Shown: positions 9,938 to 20,393, counted from the stretch's first letter. The stretch: 32,000 bases of DNA from Acinetobacter bereziniae (GCA_009912575.1 WNDP01000005.1:30500-62499); one strand, 5' to 3'. The notes: generated from the sequence alone by a model not told the origin. Numbers and translations are program-made.

Positions 9938-11179
9938 ATGTTTAAGCACACGGTTCTGTCTTTATTTATTTTTGCCACTGTTGGTTCTTCAGTCGCCCAT
10001 GCGGATAATTTTAATGTTCTTAAACAACTTTCCAATAAACCAGTTCAACTGAAAGACGGTGAATATAAAGGTAACTATTATGTGCCTTCGACTTTGAGCA
10101 CCATTACGTGGGGCTATCTACCGAATAAGGATGCAAAACCTGTACTTTCAGTTCCATCAGGCAGTACTGTGACGTTCGATACGGTTTCACATGAAGGTTT
10201 GCTTGAAGATCAAGGACGGGATGCAGAAAAATTCTTTAAGTCTAAAGGTGTTCAAGATGAATATATTTTAGATGAAGCCAAAATCATTACCAAATCTAAG
10301 CTAAAGCATGATTTTCATAAAGATGGACCACACATCGTGACAGGTCCAATTGCTATTCAAGGCGCACAACCTGGTGATATTTTAAAAGTAGAAGTGATTA
10401 ACGTTGAACCACGTGTACCTTATGGTGTGATTTCGAATCGACACGGCAAAGGCGCTTTAGTTGGTGAGTTTCCTAAAAAACCACAACAGGCAGATGCGTC
10501 AGCCGAACATCCTGAACGCTATGGCAATGTTTCAGTATTTACCCCCATCGAAAAAAATGCCAAAGGTGAATATGAAGGCGTATTAAAAACGGAATCAGGT
10601 AAGTCAATTCGATTCCCGTTGAGCCCGTTCATGGGCATCATGGGGGTAGCACCGAATACCTCAGAACCCGTTCATTCAGTTCCACCTGCAATGTATGGTG
10701 GCAATATTGATATTAATGAATTAGGCGCTGGGTCTACAGCTTACTATCCCGTTCAAGTTGCGGGTGCTTTGTTTTACACAGGTGATAGTCATTTTGCGCA
10801 AGGTGATGGTGAAGTCGCTTTAACTGCTTTAGAGGCTTCTGCTCGTGCGACCTTGAAGTTTACTTTGTTAAAAGCAGGTAAGGATAAGATTCCGGGGCAA
10901 GAGATTGTGCAACCTTTAGCAGAAAATGCTGAGTTTTGGATTACACCTGGGTTAGACCCTGACCTTGACGAAGCGATGAAAAAGTCTACACGAGAAGCGA
11001 TTCGTTTCTTAAATAAAGAATATGGCATTGATGAAGCAATTGCTTATGCTTACTTAAGTGCTGCAACTGATTTTGAAGTGTCTCAAGTCGTCGATAAAAC
11101 CAAAGGTATTCACGCTAAAATTCGAAAGGCTGATTTTAGAGAATTTGCTGAAGACGCAAGTAAGGCAACAACACCTTAA
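9938..11179 (+). CDS. acetamidase/formamidase family protein with signal peptide
   Basis: 413 aa. N-terminal signal peptide MFKHTVLSLFIFATVGSSVAHA. GPIAIQGAQPGD, GGNIDINEL and DSHFAQGDGEV are typical of the FmdA/AmdA family. Confidence 0.8.
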   Translation: MFKHTVLSLFIFATVGSSVAHADNFNVLKQLSNKPVQLKDGEYKGNYYVPSTLSTITWGYLPNKDAKPVLSVPSGSTVTFDTVSHEGLLEDQGRDAEKFFKSKGVQDEYILDEAKIITKSKLKHDFHKDGPHIVTGPIAIQGAQPGDILKVEVINVEPRVPYGVISNRHGKGALVGEFPKKPQQADASAEHPERYGNVSVFTPIEKNAKGEYEGVLKTESGKSIRFPLSPFMGIMGVAPNTSEPVHSVPPAMYGGNIDINELGAGSTAYYPVQVAGALFYTGDSHFAQGDGEVALTALEASARATLKFTLLKAGKDKIPGQEIVQPLAENAEFWITPGLDPDLDEAMKKSTREAIRFLNKEYGIDEAIAYAYLSAATDFEVSQVVDKTKGIHAKIRKADFREFAEDASKATTP

Positions 11180-11201
11180 ATTGGTATCGCTATATCGTTC
11201 A

Positions 11202-11233
11202 AAACAGCCTGTTCAATGAATAACAGGCTGTTT
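11202..11233. terminator. bidirectional rho-independent terminator
   Basis: Perfect 12-bp stem AAACAGCCTGTT / AACAGGCTGTTT with an 8-nt loop, flanked by A/T runs, between convergent genes. Confidence 0.7.
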
Positions 11234-11317
11234 GGGTTCTATGAAACATTTAAAACAAAAAAATTGAGAGACTGAATCTTTACAACTTGCTTAAGTCGTT
11301 ATCGTATTGGTTCAGCC

Positions 11318-12238
11318 TTAATTGAAAGCTAACTCAATTTTTTGATAAATTTTTCGGGTTTCTGGGGTGATTGCTGTCATATGAATTGCTCCATGAATCA
11401 TTCCAGTTAACAGATGTAATTTTACATCAATGCCTGCATTTTTTAATCTTTCGGCATATCGCTCAGCATCATCTCTGACTGGGTCATATTCACATGCAAA
11501 AATAGTTGCAGCAGGTAAGCCGTGTAATGATTTTGCAAGCAAAGGATTGGCTCGTTCATCATTTCGCTCAGATTCGTTATTGAGATACTGATCCCAACAA
11601 TAAGCCATGGTTGCGGTGGTTAAACCAAAGTTCTCTGCATATGTTGTATAGGATGGACTATTCATTGTGGCATCAAGTGCAGGGTAAAAGAGCAATTGAT
11701 GGCTGATTTGAATTTCAGGATGTTGTTTGGCGAGTAGACAAGTTACTGCTGCGAGATTTGCACCCGCACTATCACCTCCGACAGCAATACGATTCGGATC
11801 AATGCCCAAGGTTAAGGCATTGTGATAAATATGACGAAATGCACAAAAAAAATCTGTGAGTGGTATGGGAAATTTAAACTCAGGTGCTAAACGATAATCT
11901 ACTGAAAACACGACAAGTTGAGTTGAGTCAGCCAGCAAACGACATGCACGATCCCAAGCATCCAAGCTCCCTAAACACCAACCACCACCATGAGCAAAAA
12001 CCAATGCGGGGCGTTGTTGTTGATGTCGCAATTGATCAGGAATATAGCGCCGAACCTCAATCTCTGTTTGATCAGCAACTTTAACTTGGAAGCTGCTTTG
12101 ATAACCTGCATCTTGTTCAATGCCTTGTTGTTGGATAATGTCATGATTGACCTGTAGACGTAATTCTGACAATGACTGAGGAATTGGTGCAACAGATCTA
12201 GACTTTAACCAATTTTTAATCTCGTGATTTACCGTCAT
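11318..12238 (-). CDS. alpha/beta hydrolase, hormone-sensitive-lipase-type esterase
   Basis: 306 aa. HGGGW oxyanion motif and GDSAGAN nucleophile elbow. Confidence 0.85.
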   Translation of the reverse strand: MTVNHEIKNWLKSRSVAPIPQSLSELRLQVNHDIIQQQGIEQDAGYQSSFQVKVADQTEIEVRRYIPDQLRHQQQRPALVFAHGGGWCLGSLDAWDRACRLLADSTQLVVFSVDYRLAPEFKFPIPLTDFFCAFRHIYHNALTLGIDPNRIAVGGDSAGANLAAVTCLLAKQHPEIQISHQLLFYPALDATMNSPSYTTYAENFGLTTATMAYCWDQYLNNESERNDERANPLLAKSLHGLPAATIFACEYDPVRDDAERYAERLKNAGIDVKLHLLTGMIHGAIHMTAITPETRKIYQKIELAFN

Positions 12239-12242
12239 TTTA

Positions 12243-13121
12243 CTAATCCTGTTGTAAAAAATTTAGAATGAGGCTACAAAATGCTTCTGGTTGTTCTTCC
12301 ATAATAAAATGACCACAGTCATCAACGATTGCACTCGACAATTGATTACATACTTTTTTCATCGTTTCATAAGGTGCATCATGGGTGGCATGTTCAGCAC
12401 CTATAGCCAATACTGGCATATTCAAACGTTTATTTTCCCTCACTTTATTTTGCCGAATGGTTTCAGGGATCGAACGATAATAGTTAAATCCTGCGGTTAA
12501 ACGTCCTGCAACTTGATATGCTTCAATATAGATTTCAGTGGCAACTTTGTCTCTGTGCCAAGACCATTGATCAAAAATATAATTTAAATACAAGGCTTCA
12601 CGTCCTGTAATTAAAGCTTCAGGCAAATCATGAATTTGGTTGAACATAAAGTGCCAAAGAAAAATATTTTCTTCAGCTTTGACAAAAATCGGCGGTGCTG
12701 GGGCTAAGCCTGGGATAACTGCTTCTGTGACAGCAAGGCGTTTTACAGATTCAGGAAAGTCAGAGGCAAGGGCATAGGCAACCCACATCCCAATATCATG
12801 TCCAATCACTGAATATTGACGATGTCCCAGTGCTAACATAAAGTCTGATAAAATCGTTGCAATCCGTCCTGTGTCATAACTGCCGTCAAGTGGAACTGAA
12901 TATCCTGTTCCAGGTGGGTCTACCGCAATAGCCTGATAACCGTTGTTTGCTAAGGCAGTCATAACATGTCGCCATGCATACCATGTTTGAGGCCACCCTG
13001 AGATCAGTAAAACTGCAGGCCCCGTACCTGTTGTGACATAGTGCAATTTTTTTCCATGGATACTGATGTAATGATGTTGAAATTGTTGTAATGAATGGTT
13101 TGCTAACGCGAATGTACTCAT
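12243..13121 (-). CDS. alpha/beta hydrolase, epoxide hydrolase / haloacid dehalogenase-like (Asp nucleophile)
   Basis: 292 aa. SGWPQTWYAWRHV (variant of the HGXP...W motif), GHDIGMW nucleophile elbow with Asp, C-terminal DCGHFIMEEQPE catalytic His. Confidence 0.8.
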   Translation of the reverse strand: MSTFALANHSLQQFQHHYISIHGKKLHYVTTGTGPAVLLISGWPQTWYAWRHVMTALANNGYQAIAVDPPGTGYSVPLDGSYDTGRIATILSDFMLALGHRQYSVIGHDIGMWVAYALASDFPESVKRLAVTEAVIPGLAPAPPIFVKAEENIFLWHFMFNQIHDLPEALITGREALYLNYIFDQWSWHRDKVATEIYIEAYQVAGRLTAGFNYYRSIPETIRQNKVRENKRLNMPVLAIGAEHATHDAPYETMKKVCNQLSSAIVDDCGHFIMEEQPEAFCSLILNFLQQD

Positions 13122-13142
13122 GATGGATTCTCTATTGTGACC

Positions 13143-14195
13143 TTAAATACCCAAAAGTTGATTAATCTGCAACTGATTCACTGGCGCAGCGGCAAAATCA
13201 TCAAAGGTTTTATCTGTCACGGGAATAATATGTTGTTGAATAAATTCGGCACCTTCACGTGCACCATCCTCTTTATTTTTTAAACAACATTCCCACTCTA
13301 AAGTCGCCCAGCCCTGATAATCGTAATGTGCTAATTTTGAGAAAATTGATTTAAAATCAACTTGTCCATCACCTGTAGAACGGAATCTACCTGCACGATC
13401 GCCCCAATTTTGATAACCGCCATACATCCCTTGGCGACCTGTGGGCGTAAATTCAGCATCTTTGACATGGAACATTCGAATAAAATCTTTATAAATGTCG
13501 ATGTAATCTAGATAATTAAGTTGTTGAAGAACAAAATGACTCGGATCAAAAAGAATGTGGCAACGAGGATGCTGTTGAGTCCGTTCCAAGAACATTTCAA
13601 ATGAAATACCATCATGTAGATCTTCACTTGGATGGATTTCATAGCACCAGTTTACATTATGCTCATCACAAGCATTTAAAATCGGCATCCAACGGCGAGC
13701 AAGTTCATCAAAAGCTGTTTCGATCAACCCTTGAGGACGTTGAGGAAAGGGGAAAACATAAGGCCATGCAAGTGAGCCTGAAAATGTTCCCATATCAGCT
13801 AAACCCAGTCGTGCAGAGGCTTGGACAGCAGCAAGCATTTGTTGTTCAGCCCATTGTGTTCTCTCAATCGGTTTACCATGTAAGTGTACAGGCGCAAAAG
13901 CATCGCATAAATTATCATATGCAGGATGGACTGCCATAAGTTGACCAAAAATATGCGTGGTCAACTCACTAATTTGTAAATCCTTTTGCTGTAAAACACC
14001 CTTTATTTCATCACAATAGTCTTGGCTTTTTGCTGCTAAATTCACATCAAATAAACGCTTGTCCCATGCAGGAAGTTGCACTGCCTTGAAACCTTTATCT
14101 GCAACCCAAGACGCAATACTCTCTAAATCATTGAATGGAAAAATTTCATCACTAAATTGTGCGAGGTGAATGCTCGGGCCTTTAATTGTTTGCAT
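13143..14195 (-). CDS. sugar phosphate isomerase/epimerase (xylose isomerase-like TIM barrel)
   Basis: The ORF track gives 13143-14207 from a TTG start. The in-frame ATG at 14195 (MQTIKGP...) is the likelier start. Composition and length fit the AP-endonuclease-2/xylose-isomerase-like TIM family. First gene of a three-gene minus-strand operon. Confidence 0.75.
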   Translation of the reverse strand: MQTIKGPSIHLAQFSDEIFPFNDLESIASWVADKGFKAVQLPAWDKRLFDVNLAAKSQDYCDEIKGVLQQKDLQISELTTHIFGQLMAVHPAYDNLCDAFAPVHLHGKPIERTQWAEQQMLAAVQASARLGLADMGTFSGSLAWPYVFPFPQRPQGLIETAFDELARRWMPILNACDEHNVNWCYEIHPSEDLHDGISFEMFLERTQQHPRCHILFDPSHFVLQQLNYLDYIDIYKDFIRMFHVKDAEFTPTGRQGMYGGYQNWGDRAGRFRSTGDGQVDFKSIFSKLAHYDYQGWATLEWECCLKNKEDGAREGAEFIQQHIIPVTDKTFDDFAAAPVNQLQINQLLGI

Positions 14196-14211
14196 AGCTA
14201 AACTCAATTAG

Positions 14212-14225
14212 TTGTCGATCGACAA
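14212..14225. promoter_or_regulatory. candidate TetR operator, perfect palindrome TTGTCGATCGACAA
   Basis: 14-bp perfect palindrome 17 nt upstream of the isomerase start, in the divergent intergenic region shared with the TetR gene. Confidence 0.45.
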
Positions 14226-14373
14226 ACAATAGGTGTTATCTACACTAAAAACAACACATTTTTTTATAAGCGATGAAAAAATAAGCTTGGTTTAGGCAAA
14301 TCATATTGATTTATTTGCGAAAATTTTTTTTTAGAATGATAATAAAAGAACTAAATCTAAATGAACTGAGATT

Positions 14374-14973
14374 ATGGCTGGCAGACCAAGAGAATTTGAT
14401 CGAGAAAAAGCATTGATTCAAGCACGTGATTTTTTCTGGCAGCATGGCTATGAAGGGACTTCTATGTCGGATTTGGTTGAAGTTTTAGGTATTGCTTCAG
14501 CCCGAATTTATAAAGCTTTTGGGTCAAAAGAAGCTTTATTTAGAGAAGCGGTGCAACATTATGAAAAAAACGAAGGTGGTTTTGCGCTTGATGCTTTGAA
14601 ACAGCAAAATATCAAAGATGCTATGACTCAGTTATTTCAAGATGCAGTTAAACTTTATACCCAAATTAATCATTCATTTGGGTGTATGGTTGTCTCTTCT
14701 GCAAGTATATTAAGTGAGGAAAATCAGAACCTTTTAGAGTGGATGACGCAACAGCGGATTGAACGAGGGCAAAGCCTAGTTCAACGTTTTGAGCAAGCTA
14801 AATCGGATGGACAATTATTGGCTGATGCTGATCCTGAAATATTAGGTCAATATTATGGTTTGATTTTGCATGGCTTGTCTGTTCAAGCAAGAGATGGTTA
14901 TTCAGAAACGATGCTTTTATCCGTCACCAATTTTGCCCTACAAAATTTAGATCAATATCTTGTATTACAATAA
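14374..14973 (+). CDS. TetR/AcrR family transcriptional regulator
   Basis: 199 aa. N-terminal HTH (FWQHGYEGTSMSDLVEVLGIASARIYKAFGSKEALF). Confidence 0.9.
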   Translation: MAGRPREFDREKALIQARDFFWQHGYEGTSMSDLVEVLGIASARIYKAFGSKEALFREAVQHYEKNEGGFALDALKQQNIKDAMTQLFQDAVKLYTQINHSFGCMVVSSASILSEENQNLLEWMTQQRIERGQSLVQRFEQAKSDGQLLADADPEILGQYYGLILHGLSVQARDGYSETMLLSVTNFALQNLDQYLVLQ

Positions 14974-15369
14974 ATCATTTAAAAATAAAGTTTTAAATTC
15001 ATATTTAAAATCTATCAAGAAATTAATCTTTACCATTGAGATGAGTATGACTTGGTGAGTTGACTTCATTGGCTCACAAATTTTATGAGGACTACTTATT
15101 TATACTGTCTTTAAAAACACTTAATTCAATAAAACTGTGTACTGAAAATATCAACTCTTAAAGTTTAAATTAAAAAGTGACTGAAAAATAACGCAAACAG
15201 AATGATGGCTTATCGTAATATACATAAATAAATTATGGATTTCTTGCACAATAAAAGCATGAATTATTCTTAAATATGGTATAGAAATGCTTGTTCAATC
15301 AGAAAAAATTGTGAATACTCATGCGCTAAAATTTAGCTTGTAAAATTATCTTGGGGTTAGGCAATTATT

Positions 15370-17308
15370 GTGAAAAGGTATCCATTTTCTCGTTTACAAA
15401 AAGCGTTGCTGGCAGTTGGTTCATTTTCATGTTTAGCATTGAGTCCAGTACTGCTACATGCAGAAACGGAAAAAAATACACAGCAGCTTAAAACGATTAA
15501 GGTCAACGTCCAAACCGAAGCAGCACAAACGGTTTATTATCAACCCAAGATCAATTTATCAGGTTTTAGTCAGTCTAATATTGCTAAAATTCCGGCTTCA
15601 ATACAAACCATCACTGCAGATCGTTTAGCAGATCAGCATGCAAAAACACTGTCTGATGTGGTTAAGAATGATGCAGCTATTGGCGATGGCTATGCACCTA
15701 TTGGTTATTATTCTAATTTTATGATGCGTGGTTTTGGGCTAAATCTTGGATCAAGCTATTTACTGAATGACAACTTAGTCCGTGGCGAACAAAATATTGC
15801 GCTTGAGAATAAAGCTCAGGTCGAGATTTTAAAAGGCATCAGTGCCATTCAAAGTGGAATGTCAACACCGGGTGGTGTGATCAATTATGTCACCAAACGA
15901 CCTGAAGATATTCGTTCAATGACATTAGAAACCGACCGTTATGGTGGTTTTCGCGTGGCAACGGATTTCGGTGGATTGCTTGGAGACACCCAACAGTTTG
16001 GTTATCGCATCAATCTTGCGACAGAAGATATTCATTCCTACGTTGAACATGCCGATGGTAAGCGCTTATTTGGTTCTATGGCACTAGATTGGAATATTTC
16101 TGAACGTTCAAAGTTAGAATTTGATCTAGAATCACAGCGACAACGTCAACGTTCAGTGGCTGGATATCAGTTACTGGATGGAACGACACTTCCACAAAAT
16201 GTGAAATGGGATCGTTTACTTGCGTATCAAAGCTGGAGTAAACCCGTAACCAACGACAGTTTAAATGCCAGTTTAAAATATTTATTTCAGTTCAATGATC
16301 ACTGGAAAGCAAATTTTACAGCATCACAAAGTCGTGTGGTGATAGATGATTACTCTGCATTTCCTTGGGGATGTTATAGCAGTATTTGTCAAACAACGGG
16401 TCTAGGGAATGGCTTTGATCAAAATGGCAACTACGATATTTATGATTTTCGCAGTCCAGATGATAGCTACTTAACCAACCAATTTAAAATCGGATTGAAT
16501 GGGGCATTCAGCACTGGTTTTTTGCAGCATCAGTTAAGTTTACAATTATCTCAAACTGCTAAACGTCATACACAATATGATGCAATTAATTTACCTGTAG
16601 TTGACGGGGCTGAGTCTACAGGAAATATAGGTGAAGACCCGCAAAACTACATCCCCACAGATAAGCATTTGGGTAAACACTATAAATCATTAGATAGTCA
16701 ACAAACAGCATTGAATATCGTTGATTTAATTGCTTTTAATCCAGATTGGTCTGTCTCTTTGGGTGGTAAACTGATTCATCTCAATGAGGGAGCCTACAAT
16801 GTTGAGTCAAATAAGATTCGAGACACCAATTTTAATCGTTTCTTACCCCAATTTGCGCTGATGTATCAACCTTGGGAACATACCAACATTTATGCTTCTT
16901 ATGCCAAAGGCATAAGTGATGGTGGACAAGCTCCGTGGTTTGCCAACAATCCAAGTTGCTGAATATCAAGGGCATCAGACCCAAAATATACCATCAGTTC
17001 GTTTTGCAAACTATCTCTCTTATCAAGTTGCACAAATAGAGGGGTTGCGCTTATTGGCAGGTATGCAATACAGCAGCAGTAAATATGCCAATAAAATGGG
17101 TACAGTCAAAGTGCCGAGTTATACTGTATTTAATCTAGGCACAGCATATAATTTCAGAGCTTATGGCTATGACAATACACTTCGATTCAATATCGACAAT
17201 CTGTTCAATAAACAGTATTGGAGAGATGCAGGTAATTTCTTAGGCGATGATTATTTATTTCTTGGCGCACCACGGACAGCGCAACTTGCTTGGACTGTAA
17301 ATTTCTAG
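15370..17308 (+). pseudogene. TonB-dependent receptor, disrupted (internal deletion plus frame change near 16945-16960)
   Basis: ORF 15370-16962 (GTG start) has a signal peptide, plug domain and barrel up to ...YASYAKGISDGGQAPWFANN. ORF 16916-17308 in another frame carries the last barrel strands ending ...AQLAWTVNF. Roughly 80 aa of barrel are missing between them. Confidence 0.85.
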
Positions 17309-17354
17309 GATGTGTCTTTTCCTAATTTGTATTTATTTAAACTGATCATCAGAT

Positions 17355-17389
17355 TGACCTGTATCACTCAAAATGAGTGATACAGGTCA
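17355..17389. terminator. strong stem-loop after the receptor pseudogene
   Basis: Perfect 15-bp stem TGACCTGTATCACTC / GAGTGATACAGGTCA with a 5-nt loop. AT-rich flanks but no long U-tract. Confidence 0.55.
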
Positions 17390-17657
17390 GTAATAAAAAT
17401 CTTATTACTTTGCGTTAAGCGCATAAATTAAGTTATTCAGCAATTTTTCAAAATTATTAGCCTTATATCACGATCCAATGAAATTTATTAGAAAATTGAT
17501 TTTATTAACTATAAATAAATAACAAAAGCAGATTTAAAAGCAGAGTCTAAACTAAATATCAAAAAAATAGATAGTATGAACCAAAAAATATAAATTGGAT
17601 TTATCTTAAAAAATAACCAATTATAGAATTCTAAGTAATTTAGTAAGGAATGCTAAA

Positions 17658-18944
17658 ATGGACAAAAAAATTAGAGTTGCTGTCATTGGTGGAGGTATTG
17701 CTGGATTAGCACTCATGACCCAATTGGTTAAAAATACAAACTTAGATGTACATTTATTTGAGTCTGCTGCTCAATTTTCAGAAATTGGTGCAGGAATCTC
17801 TTTTGGTGCAAATGCGGTAAAAGCAATCCAATTGTTAGGCTTAAGCCAAGAATATGAATCAATAGCAGATCAGGTCAAAGCGCCCTATACCGATATTTGG
17901 TTCCAATGGCGGAATGGCTACACCGACGAATATCTATCAGCATCTCTTGCTCCATCTGTTGGGCAGTCTTCAGTACATCGTGCAGATTTTCTTGATAGCT
18001 TAATTCCTTTAGTTCAATTCTCAAATGTTCACTTCAATAAGCGTGTACAAAATATTGAAGCAGATGAAGATCAAGTGACGGTGTGCTTCATTGATGGTCA
18101 AGCGACAACCTTTGATTATGTGATTGGTTGTGATGGTATTCGTTCCGTTGTTCGAAATCATGTGCTGGATTCATATCAATTGCCACGTAGTGAACCTCAA
18201 TTTTCTGGAACTTGGGCATATCGGGGGATCATCAAGTATCAAGACTATAAACAAGCGATTGAAAAATTAGGGCACGATGTGGAAATCGCAGATGTTCCAC
18301 AAATGTTTTTAGGTAAAGATAAACACATTTTGACCTTCCCAATTCGACAGGGTGAGGAAATCAACATTGTGGCATTTAAGTCAGATCGTACACAAACGGT
18401 ATTGGCTGAAAATACACCTTGGACAATGGCTGTTTCAAAACAACAAATGTTGGCTGATTTTTCAGACTGGAGCGAAAGCTGTAAAGCCTTATTGGAGTTG
18501 ATTGACTCGCCAACAATCTGGGCTTTACATGAAATTAAACCTTTAGAGACTTATAAAAACATTAGCAATAATGTGATTTTGATAGGTGACGCTGCGCATG
18601 CGATGTTGCCACATCAAGGTGCAGGAGCTGGTCAAGGTCTTGAAGATGCTTTAATTCTAGCAAAATTATTAGAAAACCCTGAATTAACACGTGAATCTAT
18701 TCAGTTTGTTTCTGAAATATATGAGCAAATACGCTTAGAACGTGCGGTCAAAGTTCAAAACACATCACATGAGTCAGGTGAAATATACGAATTGTATTCA
18801 TCGAAATATTCAGATTTTGAATCTATCGGACAGCATTTAACACATCGTTTTGATTGGTTATGGCAGCATTCTCTTGAGCAAGATATTCAGCAAGCCCAAG
18901 CTACATTGTCCAATCAATTACAGCAAAGTGAAATATATAGCTAA
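17658..18944 (+). CDS. FAD-dependent aromatic monooxygenase (salicylate hydroxylase-like)
   Basis: 428 aa. GGGIAGL dinucleotide fold, DGIRS, and GDAAHAMLPHQGAGAGQGLEDA FAD motif. Confidence 0.85.
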   Translation: MDKKIRVAVIGGGIAGLALMTQLVKNTNLDVHLFESAAQFSEIGAGISFGANAVKAIQLLGLSQEYESIADQVKAPYTDIWFQWRNGYTDEYLSASLAPSVGQSSVHRADFLDSLIPLVQFSNVHFNKRVQNIEADEDQVTVCFIDGQATTFDYVIGCDGIRSVVRNHVLDSYQLPRSEPQFSGTWAYRGIIKYQDYKQAIEKLGHDVEIADVPQMFLGKDKHILTFPIRQGEEINIVAFKSDRTQTVLAENTPWTMAVSKQQMLADFSDWSESCKALLELIDSPTIWALHEIKPLETYKNISNNVILIGDAAHAMLPHQGAGAGQGLEDALILAKLLENPELTRESIQFVSEIYEQIRLERAVKVQNTSHESGEIYELYSSKYSDFESIGQHLTHRFDWLWQHSLEQDIQQAQATLSNQLQQSEIYS

Positions 18945-18991
18945 ATAAAAAAATGAGATAAAACAAAATAATGTGACCAGGGAGGTCTATT

Positions 18992-20343
18992 ATGCAAACG
19001 ATAAATGCAAATGAAGTCATTGATCATGCCAAATTGAAGGCGATTCATTGGCGTGTGATTTTACTTAGCGCACTGATCATTATTTTTGATGGCTATGATT
19101 TAGTGATTTATTGAGTTGCGCTGCCTAAACTGATGGCAGAATGGAAAATTGACAGTATCACAGCAGGATTTTTAGGAAGTGTTGCCTTATTTGGCATGAT
19201 GTTTGGTGCGATTCTTTTTGGAAGTTTGAGTGATAAATTAGAGCGTTATGGCTTTAGCCGTAAAAAATTAATCAATTTTGCATCTGTTTATTCAGTGGTT
19301 TTACTTTGCTTTGTGGCTATGCGGGTGATCCGCAAAGTTTTGGAATATTTAGATTTTTAGCAGGTTTGGGCTTGGGTGGCGTGATGCCAAACATCATTGC
19401 ACTTATGACTGAATATGCACCAAAAAAATTACGCTCAACTTTAGTATCACTCATGTTTAGCGGTTATGCAGTTGGTGGAATGTGCTCAGCTTTATTGGGA
19501 ATGTGGTTGGTCCCTCAATTTGGTTGGAAAATTATGTTTATTCTAGGAGGGATACCACTGTTATTGATACCTATCATTTGGCTGTTATTACCTGAGTCAA
19601 TTGATTATTTGGTTCGCAGAAACAAAACTGAAAAAGCAGCAGACATTCTTAAACAAATTAATAGCGATATTAATTACACTGCTCAAACTAAAATTTGTCT
19701 GGATCAAGACAATCAATCTTCCTCTCAATCTCCAATCAAAGATTTATTTGCAGACAATCGAGCCACGATTACACTTTTATTCTGGTTAAGTGTATTTATG
19801 GCATTGGTCTTGGTTTATGCCTTAGGTAACTGGTTACCGAAATTAATGTTAGAAGCAGGCTATGATCTGTCTACAAGTTTAGTCTTTCTGCTCGCCTTGA
19901 ACATCGGCGGAATGCTTGGTGCAATTTGCGGAGGCTATTTAGCGGATCGGTTCAATCTGGTCAAAGTATTGTGCACACTATTTTTGAGTGGCGCTGCTGC
20001 ATTCATATTACTCAGCTATCAATTACCGACCATCATTCTTTATTTTTGTATCGCTGTTGCTGGTGCTGCCTCCATTGGTGGGCAAATATTATTATTGGCT
20101 TATATGTCACAATTTTATTCATCAAATATCCGTGCAACGGGATTAGGAATGGCGTTGGGTGTAGGGCGTTTGGGGGCGATTTTAGGACCCATCTTATGTG
20201 GTTGGTTATTAAGCTTAAATTTACCGATTCATTATAATTTCATCGCGCTTTCAATCCCATGTATGATTGCTGTGGTGAGTATTTCAATGATTCATCTACG
20301 TTTGAAAAACACAAAATTGGCGGTTAAAACGGTACAAGTCTAA
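18992..20343 (+). pseudogene. MFS aromatic-acid:H+ symporter (AAHS-like), inactivated by nonsense codon and frameshift
   Basis: GGAGG RBS then ATG at 18992 (MQTINANEV...DGYDLVIY). In-frame TGA at 19112-19114 where relatives have Gly. Frame change around 19262-19278 (A6 run) joins ORF 19133-19360 to ORF 19306-20343. Confidence 0.85.
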
Positions 20344-20352
20344 AGCTAGATT

Positions 20353-20373
20353 GAGGAAGGCAAAACCTTCCTC
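20353..20373 (+). terminator. stem-loop GAGGAAGG-caaaa-CCTTCCTC after the transporter
   Basis: Perfect 8-bp GC-rich stem 10 nt after the stop codon. Weak U-tract. Confidence 0.35.
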
Positions 20374-20393
20374 ATTGAATCGAGAGATTAAAA

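Noticed and set aside
13601-13939. 112-aa plus-strand ORF inside the isomerase gene
   Set aside because: Antisense shadow ORF rich in His/Gln/Val, with no signals.
15180-15369. Fur box upstream of the TonB-dependent receptor pseudogene
   Set aside because: AT-rich segments such as AATGATGGCTTATCG match the 19-bp Fur consensus poorly when aligned. No convincing site was found.
16916-17308. 130-aa ORF as a separate small outer-membrane protein
   Set aside because: It is the C-terminal barrel fragment of the disrupted TonB-dependent receptor and has no signal peptide of its own.
19133-20343. ORFs 19133-19360 and 19306-20343 as two genes, plus inner ORFs 19601-19789 and 19926-20237
   Set aside because: The first two are consecutive pieces of one MFS transporter. 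The inner ORFs are alternative frames of that gene.
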